Source: Candidatus Nomurabacteria bacterium | Lineage (GTDB): Bacteria > Patescibacteriota > Minisyncoccia > Phycocordibacterales > UBA9973 | Direction: 5' to 3' | Assembly (NCBI GenBank): GCA_963832025.1 | Contig: CAWHSF010000002.1 | Coordinates: forward strand, 17,496-81,495 | Length of the DNA: 64,000 bases | Shown here: one piece after another, positions 32,103-40,948 of the stretch | Numbering within the stretch: position 1 is the first letter of the stretch | How the letters are laid out: every line of letters begins with the position of its first letter | Made by a program: the position numbers and the translations under genes | The notes under the pieces: model-generated | What the model was told of the DNA's origin: nothing | Seen by the model: the letters and a program-made list of their open reading frames with translations, nothing else | Database searches by the model: none

Positions 32103-35100
32103 ATGATAGAAGAAACACAATTTATCCACCTCCATACCCACTCCCATTATTCCCTATTGGATGGGCTTTCTAAGCTTGAAGATTTGGTTGATTTGGCTAA
32201 AGAAAATGACATGCCGGCGCTGGCGATTACCGACCACGGCAACATGTATGGCGCTATTGAATTCTATAAATTAGCAAAAAAGGCAGGAATAAAACCGATC
32301 ATCGGAGTAGAAGCATACATAACTACGGGTTCCCGCAAAGACAGGAATACAGAAGCTGGTGGCACAAAACGATACTATCACCTAACTTTGCTTGCAAAAA
32401 ATCTGCAGGGTTATAAAAACTTGATGCGATTGGTAACCATTTCCAATTTGGAAGGTTATTATTACAAACCGCGAATGGACAAAGAAATATTGAGACAATA
32501 TGGACAAGGAATAATTGCGCTCTCGGGATGTCTCGGTGGAGAATTGGCGCAATCGCTTGTAAACAAGGATGAAGAAAAAGCTCTAAGAATAATACGAGAA
32601 CATCAAGAAATTTTCGGCAAGGAAAATTATTTTCTGGAAATTCAAAGACATCCAAAATCTCCCAATGACGAAGAAGTGCACAAAAAGATTATTGCTTTGG
32701 GTAAAAAATTAAATATTCCTATTGTTGGAACGATTGATTCACACTACCCTTGCGCTGAAGACCGCAAAGCGCATGAAACTTTGCTCGCAATCCAGACCAA
32801 TTCCGATATTAAAGATGAAAATAAATTTTCCTTCGGTGAAGATGATTATTTTTTTGTAAATACACAGCAAGCGCAAGAACTTTTTAAAGACATTCCGGAG
32901 GCAGTAACTAATACGATGAAAATTTCCGATATGTGTAATGTCGAATTAAAATTGGGAGAATGGGTTTTCCCTGATTTTAAATTGGAAACCGGTGTTACTT
33001 ATGATGCAAAATTGCGTGAGTTAACTTATGCTGGTTTTGAAAAATTAAGCATAAAGCAAACACCCGAAATTACGGAACGCGTAGAATACGAACTAAAAAT
33101 TATTGCCGACAAAGGATATGCTCCGTATTTCTTGGTAGTCGGAGACTTGCTCCGCCATGCCAAAGAAAACGGCATTTTGAGCGCTATCCGAGGCTCCGTC
33201 GCCGGCTCGATGGTTACTTATCTTTTGCACATCACAAACATTGACCCATTGGAATATAAATTGCCGTTTGAGAGATTTCTAAATCCTTTTCGTCCTTCAC
33301 CACCCGATATAGATATGGACTATGCCGACAACCGTCGAGATGAAATGATTGAATATGTAAAACAAAAATACGGCGAAGAAAAAGTGGCGCAAATTGGAAC
33401 TTTTGGCACGATGATGGCGCGTGGCGCAGTCCGCGATGTGGCTCGAGCGCTCGCCTACCCATATACAATCGGCGACAGAATATCAAAAATGATTCCTATG
33501 GGTGCGCAAGGAATGCCGATGACCATAGACCGTGCGATGGAAATTGTTCCTGAATTAAAAGAAGCTTATGAAAAAGAAAAAGATACAAAAGAAATTATTG
33601 ATCTTGCAAAAAAACTGGAAGGATGTGTTCGTCATATTTCTGTGCATGCCGCTGGGGTGGTTATCGCTCCAAAACCAATCTATGAATACATGCCGACCCA
33701 GCTCGACCCGAAGGGTGGAAAAATTATCACTCAATACGATATGTATAGTGCCGAAGATGCCGGGCTTTTAAAATTCGACTTTTTAGGAATAAGAAATCTG
33801 GCAATATTAGCCGATGCAATTTCTCTAGTCAAAAAATTCTACGATATAAATATCAATATAAACCGTATCCCTTTGAATGATAAAAAAACTTTTGAACTTT
33901 TAGCTAGTGGGCAAACGGAGGGATTATTTCAATTAAACGGTTCCGGTATGACTAGATATTTAAAAGAATTGAAACCCACTTCTATTCACGATATCAATGC
34001 CATGGTAGCACTCTATCGTCCCGGACCGATGGAATCAATTCCTGAATATATCAAACGCAAACATAATCCAAAACTCGTAAAATATTTGGATCCAAGAATG
34101 AAAAAATTCTTGGGTGAATCTTATGGACTAATTGTTTACCAAGATGATTTACTTTTTTGCGCTATCGATCTAGCTGGCTACAACTGGGAAGAAGCAGATA
34201 AATTCCGCAAGGCCGTCGGAAAAAAAATACCGGCTGAAATGGCAGCCCAGCGAGAAAAATTTACCAAAGGAATAATTTCAAACGGTCAGACGCCGGAATT
34301 TGCCGAAAAACTTTGGAAACTTTTTGAACCTTTTCAAGCTTACGGTTTCAATAAAGCCCACGCCGCTTCATACGGCCAAGTCGCCTATCAAACAGCTTAC
34401 ATGAAGGCAAATTATCCGGTGGAATATATGACGGCAATTTTGACAGCTGAATCCGGCGATGTGGAAAAAATTGCCCAAATCATTGAAGAATGTAAAAACA
34501 TGAAAATACCGGTACTTCCACCGAATATCAATGAAAGTTTCGGGGGTTTTACATGTCTATCGGAAAAAACGGGAATAAATGTAAATAGCGAAAATAAAAG
34601 CAGTAAAATAAGGTTTGGTTTTTATACAATTAAAAATCTAGGTACCGATATTTCGGATGCCATTATTGCTGAACGAAAGAAAAATGGAAAGTTTCAATCT
34701 ATCTCCGATTTCCTGGATAGAATAAAACATAAAAATCTTAATAAAAAATCAATGGAAGCATTGATTAAATCTGGCTGTATGGATGACCTGCCTGCCGGCA
34801 GGCAGGATGGAAGCGACCGTGGAATTTTACTTGCAAATCTTGAAGCAATGCTTGAATACAATCATGAAAACGGAAAACAAAATGAAAATCAAGTTTCTCT
34901 TTTTGGCGGAACAAATAAAATATCCGCTCCGGAATTTAAATTGCAAACAGCTCCGGAAGCCACCCAGGCAGAAAAATTACTCTGGGAAAAAGAATTGTTG
35001 GGACTTTATATTTCCGGCCATCCGCTTGACCGCCTCCGTGAAAAATTAGAAAAAAGGCCATTGAATATAAAGAAGGTAAAAGAAGAATTTGGAAATGGAA

Positions 35101-35342
35101 TGCAAGTTACCTTAGCTGGCATAATCGAAACCGCGCGCCAAGTCGTGACAAAAAACAACGACCGAATGGCATTTCTAAAAATCTCAGATTTAACCGATTC
35201 CATTGAGGCTGTAGCTTTCCCTTCCATTTTTAAAGAAACAGTAGATTTATTTGTACCAGAAAAATGCATCGCTTTTTCCGGTAAAGTATCCAATCGTAAT
35301 GGAGAAAAGAGTATTATTATTGAAGCGGTAAAAGAAATTTAG
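32103..35342 (+). CDS. dnaE: DNA polymerase III alpha subunit
   Basis: 1079 aa with PHP domain FIHLHTHSHYSLLDG, polymerase core motifs (PDIDMDY, GLLKFDFLG) and a C-terminal OB-fold region. Confidence 0.93.
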   Translation: MIEETQFIHLHTHSHYSLLDGLSKLEDLVDLAKENDMPALAITDHGNMYGAIEFYKLAKKAGIKPIIGVEAYITTGSRKDRNTEAGGTKRYYHLTLLAKNLQGYKNLMRLVTISNLEGYYYKPRMDKEILRQYGQGIIALSGCLGGELAQSLVNKDEEKALRIIREHQEIFGKENYFLEIQRHPKSPNDEEVHKKIIALGKKLNIPIVGTIDSHYPCAEDRKAHETLLAIQTNSDIKDENKFSFGEDDYFFVNTQQAQELFKDIPEAVTNTMKISDMCNVELKLGEWVFPDFKLETGVTYDAKLRELTYAGFEKLSIKQTPEITERVEYELKIIADKGYAPYFLVVGDLLRHAKENGILSAIRGSVAGSMVTYLLHITNIDPLEYKLPFERFLNPFRPSPPDIDMDYADNRRDEMIEYVKQKYGEEKVAQIGTFGTMMARGAVRDVARALAYPYTIGDRISKMIPMGAQGMPMTIDRAMEIVPELKEAYEKEKDTKEIIDLAKKLEGCVRHISVHAAGVVIAPKPIYEYMPTQLDPKGGKIITQYDMYSAEDAGLLKFDFLGIRNLAILADAISLVKKFYDINININRIPLNDKKTFELLASGQTEGLFQLNGSGMTRYLKELKPTSIHDINAMVALYRPGPMESIPEYIKRKHNPKLVKYLDPRMKKFLGESYGLIVYQDDLLFCAIDLAGYNWEEADKFRKAVGKKIPAEMAAQREKFTKGIISNGQTPEFAEKLWKLFEPFQAYGFNKAHAASYGQVAYQTAYMKANYPVEYMTAILTAESGDVEKIAQIIEECKNMKIPVLPPNINESFGGFTCLSEKTGINVNSENKSSKIRFGFYTIKNLGTDISDAIIAERKKNGKFQSISDFLDRIKHKNLNKKSMEALIKSGCMDDLPAGRQDGSDRGILLANLEAMLEYNHENGKQNENQVSLFGGTNKISAPEFKLQTAPEATQAEKLLWEKELLGLYISGHPLDRLREKLEKRPLNIKKVKEEFGNGMQVTLAGIIETARQVVTKNNDRMAFLKISDLTDSIEAVAFPSIFKETVDLFVPEKCIAFSGKVSNRNGEKSIIIEAVKEI
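34787..34806. repeat. Perfect 20-bp GC-rich palindrome in-frame in dnaE
   Basis: CCTGCCTGCCGGCAGGCAGG encodes LPAGRQD in an otherwise AT-rich gene. Confidence 0.75.
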
Positions 35343-35866
35343 TTATAAATAGACATCGCTTTCTCTTTACTCTCTGTAAAAATACATTCAACTGCTTCGG
35401 CGACTTTTTTTGAAAGTTTTTTTATAATCTCCAATTCTGGTTTTTTGTAAACACCCAACAAAAAATTAAGAACTGCTTTCTCCCCTTTTGGTTTCTTCAC
35501 TATACCCTTTGGAGTAGATGGTGAGATACCGACTCTGATACGCAAAAATTCTTCACTTTTTAATGACTTGATTATTGAGCCCAAGCCATTGTGGCCGCCA
35601 GAAGAACGATTGAAGGAAATTTTAATTTTTCCGAGTGGTAAATCAATGTCGTCGTAAATGACCACCAAATCTTTTAAATCTTTTTTTGATTTTATTAGCG
35701 GAGCGACTGTTTTGCCGGAGTTATTCATAAAAGTATCTGGCGTGAGAAATTTAATTTTTTGATCTTCCATTTTTTTTTCCAATATCTCAACCAAAATACG
35801 TCCAGTGTTATGTCTGGTGTTTTCATATTCCTTCCCCGGATTCCCCAAACCGACAACTAATTTCAT
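35339..35866 (-). CDS. pth: Peptidyl-tRNA hydrolase
   Basis: 175 aa with LVVGLGNPGKEYENTRHN and GGHNGL motifs. Confidence 0.9.
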   Translation of the reverse strand: MKLVVGLGNPGKEYENTRHNTGRILVEILEKKMEDQKIKFLTPDTFMNNSGKTVAPLIKSKKDLKDLVVIYDDIDLPLGKIKISFNRSSGGHNGLGSIIKSLKSEEFLRIRVGISPSTPKGIVKKPKGEKAVLNFLLGVYKKPELEIIKKLSKKVAEAVECIFTESKEKAMSIYN

Positions 35867-35961
35867 GTCTCCCTATAATAACACAAGACTTTGTCATGTC
35901 TAAATTATTAGACAATAAATTAGACTATCATGTCAATAACTTTTTGTGTTATATTGTAGCA

Positions 35962-36552
35962 ATGGAACAAATAAAACCTATTGAGAAAGTGCAGGAGAAA
36001 ACTAAAATGCAGACATTTTGGGAGTTGGTACGTTTCGCATTAATAGCATTGATAATTGTTATTCCTATCCGTATTTTTGTCGCTGAACCGTTTATTGTGT
36101 CTGGCACTTCAATGGTGCCCACGTTTGAAAACAATGATTATTTAATTGTAGATAAAATATCTTATGAATTAGGGAGTCCACAGAGAGGCGACGTGGTGGT
36201 CTTCAGATATCCAGATGACACAACGAAATTCTTTATAAAAAGGATAGTTGGGCTTCCGGGAGATACGGTTGATGTTAATAGTAGTACGAATCAAGTGACT
36301 ATTACTAATAAAGAACATCCAAATGGATTTCAACTTGATGAATCTTTTGTGCAAAATCCTGGAGGAATAAATGGACATATTGTCTTAGGAGTCAATCAAT
36401 ATTATGTGATGGGTGACAACAGAATTGCCAGCTCGGATTCAAGATATTGGGGTCCGGTAAGTAAAAATCTTTTAGTAGGAAAAGTCTTTCTGCGTTTACT
36501 GCCAGTAAACAATATAGATGTTTGGCCCGGTAGCGTTAAAGAAGAACAATAA
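35962..36552 (+). CDS. lepB: Signal peptidase I
   Basis: Motifs SGTSMVPTF, KRIVGLPGD and GDNRIASSDSRYWG. Start moved to ATG 35962 (MEQIKP...). Confidence 0.88.
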   Translation: MEQIKPIEKVQEKTKMQTFWELVRFALIALIIVIPIRIFVAEPFIVSGTSMVPTFENNDYLIVDKISYELGSPQRGDVVVFRYPDDTTKFFIKRIVGLPGDTVDVNSSTNQVTITNKEHPNGFQLDESFVQNPGGINGHIVLGVNQYYVMGDNRIASSDSRYWGPVSKNLLVGKVFLRLLPVNNIDVWPGSVKEEQ

Positions 36553-36553
36553 A

Positions 36554-37855
36554 ATGAAAAAAACAACCCAAAAAAATAAAATAAACGAGATAGCTTCCCC
36601 AAAAGGAATGAGAGATTTAATGAACGAAGATTATTATGCTTTTCAAGGATTCTTTGAAAAAGCTCAGGAAGTGGCTGTGTATTACGGTTTCAAACCCATA
36701 GATACTCCGATGCTGGAATATGAGAATATTTTTACCACGACCATTGGAGAAGGCACAGATATTATAGATAAAGAAATGTACACTCTCAAAACTAAAGGTG
36801 GAGATCATCTGGCACTTCGACCTGAACACACCGCTCCACTCATGCGCGCATACATAGAACACGGTATGCAAAATATGCCTCAACCGGTAATGTTTTATCA
36901 ATACGGTCCGGTTTTCAGACATGACAAGCCTCAAAAGGGACGTTATCGACAACTTTGGCAATTCGATTTGGATTGTCTAGGAAACGAAAAAAGTATTATG
37001 GATGCTCTGGTGATAAAAACAGGTATGACTATTTTAGAAGAAGCTGGAGCAGAAAATCTTTCAATTGAAATTAATTCAATTGGAGACAAGGAATGCAGAA
37101 ATGGATATGTTAAAGAACTAACAAACTATTATAGAAAACATCTAAGCAGTCTGCCTGCAATAGACCGTGAGAGACTAAAAAAGAATCCTTTGCGTATTTT
37201 GGACTCCAAGGAAGAGAAAACAAAAGAGATAAATGTCTCCGCTCCGGACGCTGTATCTTTCCTCTGCCCTTCTTGTAAAAAACATTTCAAAGAAGTTTTG
37301 GAATATTTGGAAGAAATGAATATTCCATATAACATAAATAAAAATTTAGTTCGCGGACTTTCTTATTATACTCGCACTGTTTTCGAAGTTTACACAGAAA
37401 GTTCGGAAGAAGGCGGATCGCCCATACAGATTGCTTCCGGTGGACGTTATGACTATCTGGCAAAACAATTAGGCGGAAAAAAAGACGTGCCGAGTGTCGG
37501 GTTTTCGATCGGAGTAGATAGGACCGTAGAATCGAGTTGGTATAAAAAACTTGCGCCCCGCATCATAAAAAAACCAAAAATTTATTTTATCCAGCTAGGC
37601 TCTGAGGCAAAATTAAAGAGCTTAAATATTATTGAAATATTACGCAAAGCTCATGTTCCGATTGCTCAATCACTTTCCAAAGACAGCCTAGGCGCGCAAC
37701 TCGCAATTGCAGAAAAACTGGCTATTCCTTATGCCATAATCTTCGGAGTAAAAGAGGCTTTGGATAATTCTGTAATTGTGCGAGATATGTCAAATAGGTC
37801 ACAAGACACTGTAAAACTAAATAAACTTTTGGAATACTTAAAAGAAATAAAGTAA
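36554..37855 (+). CDS. hisS: Histidyl-tRNA synthetase
   Basis: Motifs PKGMRDL, LRPEHTAPLMRAY, FRHDKPQKGRYRQLWQFD and GGRYD. Start moved to ATG 36554. Confidence 0.9.
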   Translation: MKKTTQKNKINEIASPKGMRDLMNEDYYAFQGFFEKAQEVAVYYGFKPIDTPMLEYENIFTTTIGEGTDIIDKEMYTLKTKGGDHLALRPEHTAPLMRAYIEHGMQNMPQPVMFYQYGPVFRHDKPQKGRYRQLWQFDLDCLGNEKSIMDALVIKTGMTILEEAGAENLSIEINSIGDKECRNGYVKELTNYYRKHLSSLPAIDRERLKKNPLRILDSKEEKTKEINVSAPDAVSFLCPSCKKHFKEVLEYLEEMNIPYNINKNLVRGLSYYTRTVFEVYTESSEEGGSPIQIASGGRYDYLAKQLGGKKDVPSVGFSIGVDRTVESSWYKKLAPRIIKKPKIYFIQLGSEAKLKSLNIIEILRKAHVPIAQSLSKDSLGAQLAIAEKLAIPYAIIFGVKEALDNSVIVRDMSNRSQDTVKLNKLLEYLKEIK

Positions 37856-37859
37856 AAAC

Positions 37860-38393
37860 ATGAGAGAGATAGTCCAAAAAAACGATAAAGTTTTAAGAGA
37901 AAAATCAAAAGAAATACTAATTAAGGATATTAAAAATCTTAAAATAAGAAAAGTTTTGAAAGAAATGTCGCTAGCCCTAAAAAGCCAAAGCGATGGAGTG
38001 GCTATCGCCGCTCCACAAATAGGATATTCACTTTCAATTTTTATCGTTTCGGGAAAAATATTTCATAAAGACTTTGTCCGCGGAGAAGAAGCTCTTAAAA
38101 ATATTTCTGAAAAAGAAGTGCCGAAAGATTTAGTTTTTATTAATCCAAAAATTTCCAAACTGTCTCGTGAAAAAGAGTGGGTACCGGAGGGATGTCTTTC
38201 GGTGAGATGGCTTTACGGCAACACTTTTAGGTCAAAGAAAGCAACGGTCACAGCTTACGATGAGAATGGTAAAAAATTTATGCGAGGCGCATCCGGACTC
38301 CTAGCACAAATCTTCCAACATGAAACTGATCATTTAAATGGCGTTCTTTTCATCGACCACGCCAAAGATATTAAAGAAGAGCTGCCAAAATAA
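37860..38393 (+). CDS. def: Peptide deformylase
   Basis: Motifs GVAIAAPQIG, EGCLS and QHETDHLNG. Confidence 0.9.
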   Translation: MREIVQKNDKVLREKSKEILIKDIKNLKIRKVLKEMSLALKSQSDGVAIAAPQIGYSLSIFIVSGKIFHKDFVRGEEALKNISEKEVPKDLVFINPKISKLSREKEWVPEGCLSVRWLYGNTFRSKKATVTAYDENGKKFMRGASGLLAQIFQHETDHLNGVLFIDHAKDIKEELPK

Positions 38394-38398
38394 ATAAT

Positions 38399-39223
38399 AT
38401 GAGTGAAAAATTAAATTTTATATTTTTCGGCACTCCAGATGTTGCTAGAGATACCCTTGAGATTTTAAAACAAAATGGTTATGCGCCATCGCTTGTTGTC
38501 ACCTCTCCTGACAAACCACAAGGACGCAAAATGGTGGTTACCCCTACTCCAGTCAAGGTGTGGGCAGAAGAAAATAATATTTCATATATTCAACCCGACA
38601 AACTAGATATTTCCAACCTCACAGAAGCTGATTTTTTCATCGTTGTCGCTTACGGAAAAATTCTTTCTGAAGAGATTTTAAACCTGCCTAGGCTTGGTTC
38701 CATAAATATACACTATTCCCTTTTACCAAAATATCGTGGAGCTTCGCCCGTAGAATCCGCTATTTTAAATGGCGACACAGAAACAGGAGTGAGTATTCAG
38801 AAAATGAAATTCAAAATGGATTCTGGCCCAATCGTTGCACAAGAAAAAATTAAAATACTTCCGACTGAAAAAGCATCAGAATTAAGAAACCGCCTAATTA
38901 GAATTGGCGGAGAACTTTTGGTAAAGACTTTGCCAAAAATTATCGAAGGCGAGATTAAAGAAACTGAACAAAATGAAACCGAAGCGACCTTTTCAAAAAA
39001 AATAGCTAAAGAAGATGGACAAATAGATTTGAGCGATGATGCAGAAAAAAATTACAACAAATTTAGAGCACATGCCACTTGGCCCCGAACCTTCTTTTTC
39101 AAAGATGGCAAACGAATCATTATCACCGATGCATCCTTAGAAAATAACGTATTCATAATTAAAAAAGTCCTTCCTGAAGGCAAAAAAGAAATAACTTGGG
39201 AACAATTTAATACTTGGAAGTAA
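38399..39223 (+). CDS. fmt: Methionyl-tRNA formyltransferase (short form)
   Basis: 274 aa with IFFGTPDVA and NIHYSLLPKYRGASPVESAI; located immediately after def. Confidence 0.88.
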   Translation: MSEKLNFIFFGTPDVARDTLEILKQNGYAPSLVVTSPDKPQGRKMVVTPTPVKVWAEENNISYIQPDKLDISNLTEADFFIVVAYGKILSEEILNLPRLGSINIHYSLLPKYRGASPVESAILNGDTETGVSIQKMKFKMDSGPIVAQEKIKILPTEKASELRNRLIRIGGELLVKTLPKIIEGEIKETEQNETEATFSKKIAKEDGQIDLSDDAEKNYNKFRAHATWPRTFFFKDGKRIIITDASLENNVFIIKKVLPEGKKEITWEQFNTWK

Positions 39224-39605
39224 ATGGATTTCTTTTGGAAAGTCCTTTGGTCATTTTTTTCACACTAGCTGCGCCACGTCTGAATAGAGTTTGCTTACGG
39301 TCTTTGTTTTTACCAATATCATTAAAAAGTTGCTCTTTGACCACATCAATCGCAGTATATAAATCTTCGTGATCACTCTCTCCGTAATATTTTTGTCCGT
39401 CGACACTTATAGTGCAATCAGCGTGAAAAATTTCACCAGCTTTATGATGGTTGGTAGTTTTCGCAACTTCAAACTTCACTCTGGCTTCACCTTTATTTGT
39501 TTCAATGTTGGAAAGCAGTTTTTCCAAATTGGTCACTTTCTTGATGACATAATCTTTAATGGCGTCCGTTAATTCTATATTTTTACTTTGTAAATCTATT
39601 TGCAT
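39207..39605 (-). CDS. hpf: Ribosome hibernation promoting factor / ribosome-associated inhibitor family
   Basis: 132 aa. N-terminus MQIDLQSKNIELTDAIKDYVIKKV is typical of the HPF/YfiA family. Confidence 0.8.
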   Translation of the reverse strand: MQIDLQSKNIELTDAIKDYVIKKVTNLEKLLSNIETNKGEARVKFEVAKTTNHHKAGEIFHADCTISVDGQKYYGESDHEDLYTAIDVVKEQLFNDIGKNKDRKQTLFRRGAASVKKMTKGLSKRNPFTSKY

Positions 39606-39645
39606 AATTTCTTATTATATCAATTTATAATGCTATAATCAAATT

Positions 39646-40900
39646 ATGACCAAAACCATAAAAATACTTATAATCGGCAATGGGTTCGGAGGAATGTATA
39701 GTTTAAAGAATATTTATAAACAATTGCGTGACCACCAAAACATTGAACTATCAATGATTGGAGAGAAAAATTATTTTCTCTTTACGCCACTTTTACACGA
39801 AGTAGCCACCGGAGGAATAAACCCTCTAAATATTATTGAGCCAATACGAAAAGTTTTAGGCTGTTATTTAAATAATTTTTATCTAGGAAAAGCCGAGGAA
39901 ATAAACTTGCAGAATAAAACTGTAATGGTTGACAAAGTACTTATACCTTACGACTATCTGGTAATTGCTCCAGGATCAGAAACAAATTTTTTCAATACTC
40001 CCGGCACAGAAAAATATACGTTTACGTTGAAATCTATAAACGATGCAATCAGAATAAAAAATCATTCCATAATGCAGATGGAACGGGCTTCACACATAAA
40101 AGACAGTAAAGAAAGAAAGAAAATGCTTAGATTTTTGATCGTTGGAGGTGGACCGACTGGCGTAGAGTTAGCGGCAGAGATGGAAGAATTGGTCAGAGAA
40201 ACTTTTTCTCATTATTATAGAAAAGAAATAGTGGACGATGTATCAATTGTTTTGGTACAAGGAGGGGAGAGAATTAGTGCCTCAGTTTGGAAAAAAAATA
40301 CGGGAGAAGAGTTTATCTGTGTTGCAAAAAAAAGGAGTAGAAGTAATGCTCAACTCCATCGTTAAAAAAGTTGAATCATCCTACGTTGTGATTAATGACG
40401 AAAATAAAATTTTCACAGAAACAGTCATTTGGGTAGGTGGTGTAAAACCGGCCAGTTTAAACTTTGACCAACCCGTAGAAAAAGACAAGAGTGGAAAGTT
40501 GATAATCAATGAATATCTACAATTAGAAAATTACAAAGAAGTCTTTGCTATTGGTGATATTGCTTGCTTTAAAAATAAAGATGTCGTTTTGCCCGCTTTA
40601 GCACAAGTCGCTCAAAAAGAGGCAAAAAAAGTTGCGAAAAATATAAAATTTCTAATCGATGGATATACTCCGGAGAAATTTTCTTATCACAGCTCTGGCA
40701 ACTTGATGTCCCTCGGTCAGTGGATGGCCCTAGGTGAAATAGAAAAATTTTCTTTCAAATTTTCTTTCTCGGGCCATCTGGCTTGGTGGTTCTGGAGAAC
40801 GGTTTATCTTTCAAAATTAATATCTTTCAGGAAAAAAGTTCGCGTCGCTGTAGATTGGACGATGAATATCTTTTCTCCGAGAGACATTTCGCAGTTATAA
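39646..40900 (+). pseudogene. ndh: Type II NADH dehydrogenase (NDH-2) with one +1 frame break
   Basis: ORF1 has ILIIGNGFGGM and IVGGGPTGVELAAEM, then leaves the homologous frame after ...IVLVQGG. ORF2 continues RELVPQFGKKIREKSLSVLQKKGVEV.... The break is at the G-run 40264-40267. Confidence 0.8.
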
Positions 40901-40910
40901 TTTACTTCTT

Positions 40911-40948
40911 CCCGCCTGCAAAATCTATGCTTTAGCATTGCGGGCAGG
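40911..40948. terminator. GC-rich hairpin between convergent ndh and GH130 genes; right arm encodes the GH130 C-terminus
   Basis: CCCGCCTGCAA-(16 nt)-TTGCGGGCAGG forms an 11-bp stem with one mismatch. The arm overlaps the codons for ...PARNAKA*. Confidence 0.55.
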
